64,000 bases of DNA from a phage: sequence record NC_100372.1; one strand, 5' to 3'. This document shows positions 55,197-63,772 of the stretch, piece by piece. The stretch's first letter is position 1. Each line of letters starts with the position of its first letter. A model generated the notes under the pieces. That model searched no databases, had not been told where the DNA came from, and was given only the letters and a program-made list of their open reading frames with translations. The position numbers and the translations under genes were made by a program.

Positions 55197-55666
55197 ATAT
55201 TGTCGGATACACAGAAATATCCTACACCGAAGGGCCAGGTCTCAGGACGGCCTTGTGGGTATCTGGGTGCCCACACGCTTGTCCTGGTTGCTTTAATCAA
55301 GCATTTTGGTCCAAAGATAAGGGAAGAGAATTCACCGAAGAAGATTTGCAGAGAATTTTGTCAGATTTGGACAATGAATCTATATGCGGTATTTCTTTGC
55401 TTGGTGGAGAGCCTTTGGCTACGTATAATGAGCCCGGTATTATTAAACTTATGAGGAGAATTAAGGAAAAGTTTGGTGACAAGAAAACTATTCTTGTGTA
55501 TACTGGGTTCACATTTGAGCATATCTCTAGTGATGTTCTTGAGCTGGCTGATATCATCATTGATGGCAAGTATGTAAAAGATTTACCAACAAAGAAACCA
55601 TTCCGAGGCAGCGATAACCAAAGAATGTTTAAAAAGGTAGCAGGCGGTTGGGTTCAGGTTGACTAA
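55193..55666 (+). CDS. nrdG: anaerobic ribonucleotide reductase activating protein (radical SAM)
   Basis: 157 aa; CxxxCxxC radical-SAM cluster motif CPHACPGC; follows nrdD. Confidence 0.85.
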   Translation: MNIVGYTEISYTEGPGLRTALWVSGCPHACPGCFNQAFWSKDKGREFTEEDLQRILSDLDNESICGISLLGGEPLATYNEPGIIKLMRRIKEKFGDKKTILVYTGFTFEHISSDVLELADIIIDGKYVKDLPTKKPFRGSDNQRMFKKVAGGWVQVD

Positions 55667-55669
55667 TCG

Positions 55670-55699
55670 TTGACAAAGCTTTGGTAAGTTGGTTATAAT
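55670..55699 (+). promoter_or_regulatory. consensus sigma70 promoter (TTGACA-N17/18-TATAAT)
   Basis: TTGACA 55670-55675, TATAAT 55694-55699; followed by RBS GAGGAGG and ATG 55729. Confidence 0.6.
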
Positions 55700-55728
55700 T
55701 ATCGTAATGAAAGCAGAGGAGGTGCCAA

Positions 55729-55842
55729 ATGGCTAAAAAAGCCTTGAAGAAGGCGTACAAGAAAGAGATTGCGCTTGAGCTTAAGAAAAAACACAAGCGT
55801 GAAAAGAAATATCATGAAGATGAAGAGGGGGTGCAGCAGTGA
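55729..55842 (+). CDS. small Lys-rich basic protein (37 aa)
   Basis: MAKKALKKAYKKEIALELKKKHKREKKYHEDEEGVQQ; strong promoter and RBS; stop overlaps GTG start of next gene. Below ORF-track cutoff. Confidence 0.35.
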   Translation: MAKKALKKAYKKEIALELKKKHKREKKYHEDEEGVQQ

Positions 55843-56189
55843 CACAAGAGCGTATTGATTTAGCCAGTAAGTTTGTAGATCTCATTTTGCCACGGTTGGT
55901 TACTCAACATGCAGACGCTATTTCTACCAATCTTGATGGCTTACGCCTAATGCTGAACCGAACAGATGACCCACGTATTCGGGCCGATTTAGAGGCCTCT
56001 GCCAACAAACTGGAAAAGTTCTTGCAAGTAGACACGCAAGAAGCCTTGCACAAGATTATGGTGGAAGGTTTCTCTAAAGAATTCACCGTTAAAGAGCTTA
56101 AGGAGCTGATCCGCCAAGAAGAGATGAATATCCGAGTTCAGGCTGTTGCAAGCAGCATGGAAGCGGCTATTGAAAAACTGTTGCAGTAA
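55839..56189 (+). CDS. hypothetical protein
   Basis: 116-aa helical ORF. Confidence 0.4.
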   Translation: MTQERIDLASKFVDLILPRLVTQHADAISTNLDGLRLMLNRTDDPRIRADLEASANKLEKFLQVDTQEALHKIMVEGFSKEFTVKELKELIRQEEMNIRVQAVASSMEAAIEKLLQ

Positions 56190-56227
56190 AAGTCCTTGAC
56201 ACATCTCAATCTGAAAGGAGTCCCAAC

Positions 56228-57016
56228 ATGGGTCGAGCTAAAGAAACAAAACGCATGCGTGATGAAGCCAGAGAGGCTCGCAAATCTGATCGCCTGCGTA
56301 AGGCTGCTGAGAAATTTGCTGACGAACGAGAGCACACAGCTCCAGCTCTCCGACCAATGAACAAAAAGCAGCAAAAGTATCTTGATTATCTAGGATCGCG
56401 TAAGATTATTATTGTAAACGGTGTGTTTGGATCCGGTAAGACATTCATGGCATCCGCATATGCAGGTGATCTTTTGCGTAAGAACGAGATTGATAAGATC
56501 ATTGTTGCACGCCCTTACGTTCAGACAGGAAAGACTTCAGGGTTTAAACCTGGAAACGCAATGCAGAAACTGTGGCCCTATCTCCGAAGCATGATGGACA
56601 CGATTTGTCGTCGTGTTGGCAAAGGTGCTTTTGCCGCAATGCTGGGAGATGGTCAGAACAGTCGTATCGAGATCTGTGAAGTTGAAAGCATTCGTGGTCG
56701 TAGTTTCGATGAGCGATGCTTTGTCCTAATTGACGAGGCACAGCAAACTAACCCTGAAGAGATGTTGTCAATTATCACAAGGATCTCTGATCAGGCCACA
56801 CTTGTAATCATGGGTGATAATAGCCAACGTGACATCCCTGGTAAGTCTGGGCTTGCATGGGTAACGGATTTCTTTACTCGTCATCCAGATCCTGAGGTTG
56901 GGATGATTAGCTTTGATAGCCCAGATGATGTTGTTCGTTCTGGATTGGGCCGTCAGATTGCACTCAATCTTATTAAGGATCGTGCAAATCATATTTGGAC
57001 ACCTGTTTCCGAGTAA
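56228..57016 (+). CDS. phoH: PhoH-like ATPase
   Basis: 262 aa; Walker A GVFGSGKTF, Walker B-like VLIDEAQ, typical PhoH length. Confidence 0.85.
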   Translation: MGRAKETKRMRDEAREARKSDRLRKAAEKFADEREHTAPALRPMNKKQQKYLDYLGSRKIIIVNGVFGSGKTFMASAYAGDLLRKNEIDKIIVARPYVQTGKTSGFKPGNAMQKLWPYLRSMMDTICRRVGKGAFAAMLGDGQNSRIEICEVESIRGRSFDERCFVLIDEAQQTNPEEMLSIITRISDQATLVIMGDNSQRDIPGKSGLAWVTDFFTRHPDPEVGMISFDSPDDVVRSGLGRQIALNLIKDRANHIWTPVSE

Positions 57017-57023
57017 TACAAAA

Positions 57024-57040
57024 GGGTGGTTATTCCACCC
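57024..57040 (+). terminator. hairpin (weak terminator) after phoH
   Basis: GGGTGG-TTATT-CCACCC followed by TTAAATATCT. Confidence 0.35.
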
Positions 57041-57059
57041 TTAAATATCTAAAACAATT

Positions 57060-57088
57060 ATTGACAAACAGATAAGTTTTAGGTATTA
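57060..57088 (+). promoter_or_regulatory. sigma70-like promoter (TTGACA-N17-TATTAT)
   Basis: TTGACA 57060-57065, 17-nt spacer, TATTAT 57083-57088; RBS AAGGAGAA, ATG 57115. Confidence 0.6.
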
Positions 57089-57114
57089 TCGAACAAAACA
57101 AGGAGAATGACAGT

Positions 57115-57426
57115 ATGGCTACAATACAAGAGAGACTGAATAAGATATACTGCCTATTTGTCTATAACGGTGAGACAATTTTGGCAAACAAAGGATACAA
57201 GAATGTGTGGATTAAGGACAGCGGTGGTAACATAATCAACTTGGCGCTACTACGTGAGCGAAGACACCGATTCTTCACTGAGTCCCGTGTTATTGAAAGC
57301 AACACATTTTACAGAACAGGGGATAAAGTAATTGTTGACAATGACACGTGGTATGTGGTAGACTGGCAATCGTTGACCTGTGATGCTTCTGACAATTGTA
57401 AGTATTCCATGGTAATTGCTAAATAA
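57115..57426 (+). CDS. hypothetical protein
   Basis: 103-aa ORF with own promoter. Confidence 0.4.
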   Translation: MATIQERLNKIYCLFVYNGETILANKGYKNVWIKDSGGNIINLALLRERRHRFFTESRVIESNTFYRTGDKVIVDNDTWYVVDWQSLTCDASDNCKYSMVIAK

Positions 57427-57487
57427 AGGCAAATGAGAATCAGGTTTAAATAGATCGCTTTTAACTTTCCAACATTAAGGACCTCAC

Positions 57488-58537
57488 ATGAATTTAACAC
57501 CTCGCAGCACCATGGTACACGGCATGAAAGAAAAACAGAACGGCTTCGAACCGATGAGTAATAAAATGTTTGGTATGCCTGGTGGTATTATGGAAACATA
57601 CAGCTACCCAACGCCAGTTGTTGACCACGTGCTTTATATTGACGATCTTGATGATTTGCAGGATCATATGTCCCGTTTGCAAACAATTCGTATGGCACGG
57701 CCGGAAGAAAGTATCCGTGTAATTGTTAACAGCCCTGGTGGTTGCGTCCACATTGCTATGGCGTATTTGCAGGCATTCCGCGAGTCTCAGGCAAGCGTTG
57801 TTGTACACGCTGAAGGGATGTGCTGCTCAGCAGGAACAATCTTATGGCTGGGTTGCAAAGAACGAACTGTGGCTCCGGACACAGAGTTTATGTTCCACTA
57901 CTATCAAGGTGGCACCTATGGCAACGGTGTGAACATGAATACTCAGGTCAACTACTGGAAGAAACGTTTTGAACGCCTGATCGAAAAATACTACGGTGGG
58001 GTTCTGACAGAAGATGAGATCGCATCCATCACGGCTGGTGGAGAAGTGTGGTTGGATGGAGAAGAGCTGGCAGCTCGAACTGGTGCTATCATTCTGGACG
58101 ATGAAAACATTCAGCGCATTCAGAATGGGCAGAAACCGAAAAAGCTTTTGGCAAAAAGTGATGAAGAAGGTGTGCTAGGCGAAGCAGGCCTGCCAGAGAT
58201 TCACCAATGCACATCTCTGGACGAGCTGGTCCATGCTGTTGAGTCTGCAAAAGTAAATGGTATGAAAGGTGATGTTCACACTGTGTTCCTGAATCTGCAG
58301 ATGGAGAGTGGTGAGACCGTTAAGATTGCACTGGGTGAGATTACCTCGGAAGATCTGCAGCGATTCTCTGTGGTAGAGCTTCAGGACATTTTGTCCCAAT
58401 TGAAAACCACCCTGAACGGAGGTGAAGAAGTTCAGGTTAAAGATAAGACCCGCAAGCGTCTGGTGGACAATATTATTAAAACAGCAAAAGAGCTCAATGA
58501 AAAAATCCTGGGCGCAGGAATTGTCGAAGAAGCTTAA
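57488..58537 (+). CDS. ClpP-like serine protease (S14 family) with C-terminal extension
   Basis: 349 aa; ClpP-like catalytic contexts GMCCSAGT (Ser) and FMFHYYQGG (His); C-terminal about 150 aa acidic/helical. Confidence 0.55.
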   Translation: MNLTPRSTMVHGMKEKQNGFEPMSNKMFGMPGGIMETYSYPTPVVDHVLYIDDLDDLQDHMSRLQTIRMARPEESIRVIVNSPGGCVHIAMAYLQAFRESQASVVVHAEGMCCSAGTILWLGCKERTVAPDTEFMFHYYQGGTYGNGVNMNTQVNYWKKRFERLIEKYYGGVLTEDEIASITAGGEVWLDGEELAARTGAIILDDENIQRIQNGQKPKKLLAKSDEEGVLGEAGLPEIHQCTSLDELVHAVESAKVNGMKGDVHTVFLNLQMESGETVKIALGEITSEDLQRFSVVELQDILSQLKTTLNGGEEVQVKDKTRKRLVDNIIKTAKELNEKILGAGIVEEA

Positions 58538-58550
58538 ACATTAATCTTAA

Positions 58551-58573
58551 AGCCCTCTTCGGAGGGCTTTTAT
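58551..58573 (+). terminator. rho-independent terminator
   Basis: AGCCCTC-TTCG-GAGGGCT followed by TTTTAT. Confidence 0.55.
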
Positions 58574-58588
58574 GATCTGGAGATTTGC

Positions 58589-59122
58589 ATGACTTGTGCT
58601 AGAAAACCTGACGAACAACGTAACGCCTATGATGAATATGTGACACCAGAGTGGTGTGCAGAAGGGTTGTATGACCTCATTCCGTTCCCAGAAGATTGGA
58701 CCTATTTGGAGCCTTGCAGGAATAGCGCCTCAGGTGTGTTCTACTCCCGTATGCCGTTAGGATCTGCATGGGGAGAAATCCAAGAAGGTGTTGACTATCT
58801 GAATACGGAATACAACCATGTTGACTGTATTATCACCAACCCGCCGTACAGCCTGGCTCGTGAGTTTGTGGACAAGGCGTTGAAAGATGCCGACGTAGTT
58901 ATTATGCTTTTGCGTCTTAATTTTCTGGAAAGCAAGGCCAGATTTGAATGGTGGCTTGATAATGCCCCTACCACTGTGATCACAATATCTAAGCGTCCAT
59001 CATTCCAATCGAATGGCAGAACTGACGGGCAAGCATATGCATATTTTGTGTGGGACAAGAAGAACCGTTTAGACCTACCACCATTTATGTGGTTGGCACC
59101 TCCGGAGGCAGACTTGAAATGA
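58589..59122 (+). CDS. DNA amino-methyltransferase (N6-adenine or N4-cytosine), small Dam-like
   Basis: 177 aa; catalytic motif ITNPPYS (NPPY). Confidence 0.6.
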   Translation: MTCARKPDEQRNAYDEYVTPEWCAEGLYDLIPFPEDWTYLEPCRNSASGVFYSRMPLGSAWGEIQEGVDYLNTEYNHVDCIITNPPYSLAREFVDKALKDADVVIMLLRLNFLESKARFEWWLDNAPTTVITISKRPSFQSNGRTDGQAYAYFVWDKKNRLDLPPFMWLAPPEADLK

Positions 59123-59403
59123 AAATGAGTGCTAAGGACAAGTTGCACCAGTTAGCGCTAAAACGTCCTGTAACTCTCCCTGACGAGCTTAACTCCATTT
59201 ATGATGCGATTGTAGGGGAGATACAAAATAAGGCGTTAGCAGGCTTTCTGGGATGCGGATTTTCGATAAATCTTCCATCACACCTCTCAGACTACTTCCC
59301 ACACATCGTTGGGGATTTGAGGGCAGGAGGTCTGCAGGTGGATGTTGTTGGCATCTCCCCGGAGAAAAATAACACAGTTGCCTACTTGACAGTGACCTGG
59401 TAG
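59119..59403 (+). CDS. hypothetical protein
   Basis: Start set at ATG 59119 overlapping MTase stop (ATGA); 94 aa. Confidence 0.35.
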   Translation: MKMSAKDKLHQLALKRPVTLPDELNSIYDAIVGEIQNKALAGFLGCGFSINLPSHLSDYFPHIVGDLRAGGLQVDVVGISPEKNNTVAYLTVTW

Positions 59404-59439
59404 TAGTGTATTTTGTTTTCAACAAGAGGGGGGTCATCT

Positions 59440-59679
59440 ATGTATAAGTCATTTTCAATTTACTCAAGACAGGCAAAACACTACACAGAGATTCTGATCA
59501 CTCAGAAAAAATCTGTGGAAGGTGAGTGGGAATATCATCATAAAATGTTGCGTCCAGACTGGGTTTTTGATAGGCTTATTGCTATGATCCCTCTTGGAGA
59601 AGTATACCCTCTGACAGGTCATAGGGATGCTTGGGATTTAATTGACTATATAGATTCATTTAAGGAGCCTAGATTATGA
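59440..59679 (+). CDS. hypothetical protein
   Basis: Start set at ATG 59440 after RBS AGAGGGGGG; 79 aa. Confidence 0.3.
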   Translation: MYKSFSIYSRQAKHYTEILITQKKSVEGEWEYHHKMLRPDWVFDRLIAMIPLGEVYPLTGHRDAWDLIDYIDSFKEPRL

Positions 59680-60074
59680 AGATTGAGATTACTGAAGAAG
59701 GTAAGAAAGTCTCTGGTAACTATGCAACAGTTATCCGTGATGTAATGTTCGAAGTCACTAAGATTGGCACATCCAAGGTTGGTCAAACGGTGAGTGTGCA
59801 AGGTAATATCACCGCAGGAGAGAAGATATTCATCGTGATAAAAGGCCAGGATCCTGTAGAAGGGACAGTTGGACGTGGTGGATACTTGTGTATCTCTGAA
59901 GAGCCTCGCATGCTAGTTGCTGATAACTCCACAGGTAAAAAGCGAGTATGTAACACGGACGAGGTGATGATTATCTATCCAGTCAACCCGGATGATCCGG
60001 CAACATGGATTGTGGGAAATGAAATCTTCTCTTTAGAAGAGCTATCCTTCCCAGCTCCGCGATCTGTTCAGTAA
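59676..60074 (+). CDS. hypothetical protein
   Basis: 132-aa ORF; start overlaps upstream stop. Confidence 0.35.
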   Translation: MKIEITEEGKKVSGNYATVIRDVMFEVTKIGTSKVGQTVSVQGNITAGEKIFIVIKGQDPVEGTVGRGGYLCISEEPRMLVADNSTGKKRVCNTDEVMIIYPVNPDDPATWIVGNEIFSLEELSFPAPRSVQ

Positions 60075-60113
60075 TAATTTATCTTGCCAGGGACGGCAAA
60101 AGCAGGAGGTAGC

Positions 60114-60347
60114 ATGAAAGTTAAATTTCTTACAGATTTAGGGTACCCTTCCTTGGTTGACTGCGTTGGTAAAATTGTGGAAGCAAAACGGCTATCTGCA
60201 AACGATAATGTTGTCATGGTTAAGGGAAAAGATTTACTAGCTGCAGGTGCAGAGTCTGGCAGGATCTCTCCTGACTATACGTATTACCTGTCTTTAAGTA
60301 ATCTACCAGAACGAGGCGGCAAAGGCCTTGAAGTTGTGGAGGAGTGA
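60114..60347 (+). CDS. hypothetical protein
   Basis: Start set at ATG 60114 after RBS GGAGG; 77 aa. Confidence 0.3.
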   Translation: MKVKFLTDLGYPSLVDCVGKIVEAKRLSANDNVVMVKGKDLLAAGAESGRISPDYTYYLSLSNLPERGGKGLEVVEE

Positions 60348-60889
60348 CAGGTATGCTTCTGATTAACTGGGAAGACCTCTATGGGGACAAAGACCCTGTT
60401 GCGTTTGTTGATCGTAGGTGGAGGTACACTGAAGAACAACTGGCTGCAAAAAATTTAACTGCAAAACGCAGAAAGATCATCCAGTGCAAGTACAAATACG
60501 CACAGTTTGCTGCAAAAGTGTCTCCACAAATCGAGAGTTTTGTACTTAAATTGTATGACGAGTACCTCAAATTCAAATTGGATTTTGTACAGGTATACCG
60601 TGCACAGGTACGTCCAGATACCAACATCTGTAGATGGAAGGTTGTTTGTGATGGTAAAGATTTGCCGCTCAGTTTGACAATTGAGTGGCGTTGGGGGTAT
60701 CATGAGTGCGGTTTGTATGATATTTGGGATGTCATTGTAGATCCTGCTAAGTACCTGAACACAGAGGAGCTGGAATATATCAATAAGGTTATTCTAGATA
60801 TGTTTTTCAGCTACACCCATGAAAACTCTGAGAAAGAACGGGATAATTTTCTTGACACCCTCGGCAACCACCTGCAGTGTACAATTTAA
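60344..60889 (+). CDS. hypothetical protein
   Basis: 181-aa ORF, Trp/Tyr-rich. Confidence 0.35.
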   Translation: MTGMLLINWEDLYGDKDPVAFVDRRWRYTEEQLAAKNLTAKRRKIIQCKYKYAQFAAKVSPQIESFVLKLYDEYLKFKLDFVQVYRAQVRPDTNICRWKVVCDGKDLPLSLTIEWRWGYHECGLYDIWDVIVDPAKYLNTEELEYINKVILDMFFSYTHENSEKERDNFLDTLGNHLQCTI

Positions 60890-60907
60890 CCTACAAAGGA
60901 GGAGCCA

Positions 60908-61144
60908 ATGAGTATAGATGCTGTGCTGATAGGTTACCTGGTAGTAGCTGTTATAACAGCAGTAATCTTGGCAGGTATATGCATCGTGTCTACACGAAGG
61001 GTGAAGTTTGATGATTTTATCACCATCATCACTGCTGCGCCCTTTTGGCCTGTTGTTATCTTCATCGTAATAATGTGCCTAGTTGATTACCACAAGAATA
61101 TCCGTAAGGAGAAAAAGGAGAGTAGGGATGGATACCGCACCTAA
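60908..61144 (+). CDS. small two-TMD membrane protein (holin-like topology)
   Basis: 78 aa; two hydrophobic helices (VLIGYLVVAVITAVILAGICIV; IITAAPFWPVVIFIVIMCLV) and charged C-terminus KNIRKEKKESRDGYRT. Confidence 0.35.
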   Translation: MSIDAVLIGYLVVAVITAVILAGICIVSTRRVKFDDFITIITAAPFWPVVIFIVIMCLVDYHKNIRKEKKESRDGYRT

Positions 61145-61257
61145 AACTGTTTATACTGTTCTTAAAGAGATTGCGTTCTACGCAGATCTTAGCCGGGCAC
61201 CTTTATGGGAAAAGAATATGTATTTAAAATGGTGCGTGAAATTAGGGGGGCCTTCTA

Positions 61258-61386
61258 ATGTTTCAAGCCATGTTTATTGAAATGCTCTCTGGGGTATTAC
61301 TGCTGGTAGCCATTTTGGGTGGCGCGGCACTGATGTATAATTATCTTGAAAAAGGGGACAGTAATGACAAAAAAATAAATCCTTAG
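61258..61386 (+). CDS. small single-TMD peptide (42 aa)
   Basis: MFQAMFIEMLSGVLLLVAILGGAALMYNYLEKGDSNDKKINP; ends in an A7 run followed in the -1 frame by a 60-codon start-less open frame. Confidence 0.3.
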   Translation: MFQAMFIEMLSGVLLLVAILGGAALMYNYLEKGDSNDKKINP

Positions 61387-61546
61387 AACAGGCTGAAAAC
61401 CTTCTCCACGAGCTGGTAAAGGAGTGGAAAGTTGAATACTCAGATTTTAATGCAAGAGAGGGGGAAGATTATTGGCCTACAGAGCGCTCAGAGGGAGAGT
61501 GGTATCAAGATTTCATAGAATGGCTATATCAGACGTGCGATGAGGG

Positions 61547-62008
61547 GTGACGATGTTTGTTAAATATGTAAAAACGTGCCTCAACAACCTTGGTAGAGAG
61601 CATTGGTACACACTGCTTGAAAAAGGAGAAATTTTAACAAAATCTGGAAAGATAACTTTGATACCTTTGGACGATAAAGACCCGTCACTACTTGTCATAG
61701 ATGATTACGTTACAGGTGTGTCGTACGAGGTATCTGTGGAGAGGTTAATACGCAGATCTGGAGGTCCTTATGACCGAAGAGAGTATGTTTTCGATTCCGT
61801 TACAGAGAAGGAAGATCCGTCCCTAATGTTTAGAATGGTAATCAGGGATATGAAATCATCTATAAATAGGATCGTAAAGGACATTAAGGAGCCTTTTAGG
61901 GTAAAAGTTAATAAGTTTTTTGATTCTAAGATCAACATACTCACCGTTGTGCTAGGCGTAATTCAACTTCTGTTAATTTTGCACTATTTTGAACTGTTGT
62001 TTAAGTAA
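61547..62008 (+). CDS. hypothetical protein with C-terminal transmembrane segment
   Basis: 153 aa; C-terminal ILTVVLGVIQLLLILHYF hydrophobic helix; GTG or ATG (61553) start. Confidence 0.35.
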   Translation: MTMFVKYVKTCLNNLGREHWYTLLEKGEILTKSGKITLIPLDDKDPSLLVIDDYVTGVSYEVSVERLIRRSGGPYDRREYVFDSVTEKEDPSLMFRMVIRDMKSSINRIVKDIKEPFRVKVNKFFDSKINILTVVLGVIQLLLILHYFELLFK

Positions 62009-62068
62009 TGTGCATTATGGCACAAAGGATGTGCCATAATTAAATAAACTAAGAAAGAGGTAGAGAGA

Positions 62069-62416
62069 ATGTCAAAGATTAAATCGATATTAATGTGGGT
62101 GGCTGTTGTAGCTTTTGTAGGATACTGGACTTGGGAAACTGAATTAAAAGATATTGGGTATACCAGCCTTGAGAGCAAGGCGTGCATTGGCATAACCGAT
62201 GCATTCAGGCAGAATGCTATGGATCACGAATGTGTCGATGCAGATATAGATGAGAAACTGTCTAAGGACAAAGATTTTTACCATGGTCATGCCTTGCTTG
62301 ATAGTGGTGACACTGTGGAATTCTGGTCGTGGTTCCGTGAAGATGGGACAATAAAGACAGCAGTAAAGATTTCCAACAAAGAGTTGATGCTGTTGCAGCA
62401 GAAGGAGGTGCAATGA
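62069..62416 (+). CDS. hypothetical secreted/membrane-anchored protein
   Basis: 115 aa; N-terminal signal/anchor ILMWVAVVAFVGYW. Confidence 0.35.
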   Translation: MSKIKSILMWVAVVAFVGYWTWETELKDIGYTSLESKACIGITDAFRQNAMDHECVDADIDEKLSKDKDFYHGHALLDSGDTVEFWSWFREDGTIKTAVKISNKELMLLQQKEVQ

Positions 62417-62700
62417 TCTGGATATCCTACGCTGATGGCACCATGCTGTATACTGCAGGTACTAGATATGAAGTTAAGGAGGACGATAAAAAATTTATCG
62501 TAAAAACATTTGACAAGGACGACAACCTTTTGCTAGAATTGACTTACAAGGTTGGGGATGTATCTAGCATCCAATTAGATTGCGGTCATAAAGATAACCC
62601 GCTCAAGAAACCTGGGGTAGGTAAAGCTTCAGAAGAACGCCTGTCTCGTATTGCAGAAAGCGTTTCTGCACAAAAATCTAAAAAGGGGACTAGAAAATGA
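62413..62700 (+). CDS. hypothetical protein
   Basis: 95-aa ORF; translationally coupled to neighbours. Confidence 0.3.
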   Translation: MIWISYADGTMLYTAGTRYEVKEDDKKFIVKTFDKDDNLLLELTYKVGDVSSIQLDCGHKDNPLKKPGVGKASEERLSRIAESVSAQKSKKGTRK

Positions 62701-62891
62701 AAAACTTACATTTTAACACTTATTACTACAACACTTTGAATGATTTGTATTATATTGTTCGAAGTAAAAATCCTGAAACAGTCCTATTCTGCCGCGAACC
62801 TTTCAAAGGAGAGGAAGTGGAGTCTGAGATGAATGTTAGCCAGATTACCTCTTTGTTGCTCTCAGGTGCAATGGAAGAAGCAATATTCTAA
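62697..62891 (+). CDS. hypothetical protein
   Basis: 64-aa ORF. Confidence 0.3.
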   Translation: MKNLHFNTYYYNTLNDLYYIVRSKNPETVLFCREPFKGEEVESEMNVSQITSLLLSGAMEEAIF

Positions 62892-62909
62892 ACCAGGCGG
62901 GAGGGTTTT

Positions 62910-63095
62910 ATGAAGCACTATTGTCTGTCTGGTAGGATGGGGGTGGATTGTGATTGGGTTTTCTTAAAACTTGTCAGCGTTCGAGAGTCCATCCCAGAGG
63001 AAGAGCAAGAAAGTGAGCTGATGTCATGGATCAACTATTACGGCAACACTTTCCGGCATGTCAAAATGGAAGAGCTGCCAAACGAGGCTGATTGA
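62910..63095 (+). CDS. hypothetical protein
   Basis: 61-aa ORF. Confidence 0.3.
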   Translation: MKHYCLSGRMGVDCDWVFLKLVSVRESIPEEEQESELMSWINYYGNTFRHVKMEELPNEAD

Positions 63096-63190
63096 TTATG
63101 GTCGCATCAATATTAACGTTTATGGGTGGCGTGGCATTCGGATTCATTCTTTGTCTGTTTATAGTTATCATGGCTATGCGAGGCTGAATT

Positions 63191-63475
63191 ATGAAACTGT
63201 TCGAGTGGTTTAAAAAGTTTAAATACCAGGCTGTTGCTGTATCGAAATGGACCGTCCGCTGGGTGGACGATGATGGAACACAAATTCCCGGTGATCAGGA
63301 TACCGGATACTGGGTTATGATGGAGAACGGATTTGGGAAAAGGAAGTTTAAATGTGTTGGTGCTCCTACTCTTTTAAATGTTAGAAGTGTGCCAGGGTAC
63401 AGCACTATGGTTGTTTGGGAGCTATCCGGTGTTCCTCCTGCTAATGTGCAATATCTGCCAAACCCAGAAAAATAA
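63191..63475 (+). CDS. hypothetical protein
   Basis: 94-aa ORF. Confidence 0.3.
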   Translation: MKLFEWFKKFKYQAVAVSKWTVRWVDDDGTQIPGDQDTGYWVMMENGFGKRKFKCVGAPTLLNVRSVPGYSTMVVWELSGVPPANVQYLPNPEK

Positions 63476-63487
63476 AAGGAGAAGATA

Positions 63488-63772
63488 ATGAGCAATGGTG
63501 TTAGCAATAGTGCTGCAGAGTTTAAAGTGATCTGTAAAGGAACTTATTGGATAGTGAAACAGAAAGTGTACCTATTCGGTTTCATACCGTTTTGGCAGAG
63601 ATTTTGCTGGGGAGCTAACGAGCTTAAGAGATACGCAACCAAGGCTATGGCACTTATTGGTATAGCTGAATACATTGCTGCCAGGGACAGAGAGGGTAAA
63701 ACTTGTTACTACACTGCTGACGAGATTCGTAACAGTGTTTACGTTCCACAACCGCCCGATGGAGACCGCTGA
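63488..63772 (+). CDS. hypothetical protein
   Basis: 94-aa ORF with RBS AAGGAGAAG. Confidence 0.3.
   Translation: MSNGVSNSAAEFKVICKGTYWIVKQKVYLFGFIPFWQRFCWGANELKRYATKAMALIGIAEYIAARDREGKTCYYTADEIRNSVYVPQPPDGDR

Noticed and set aside
56196-56201. TTGACA hexamer upstream of phoH
   Set aside because: No acceptable -10 element at 16-19 bp spacing; probably a chance -35 match.
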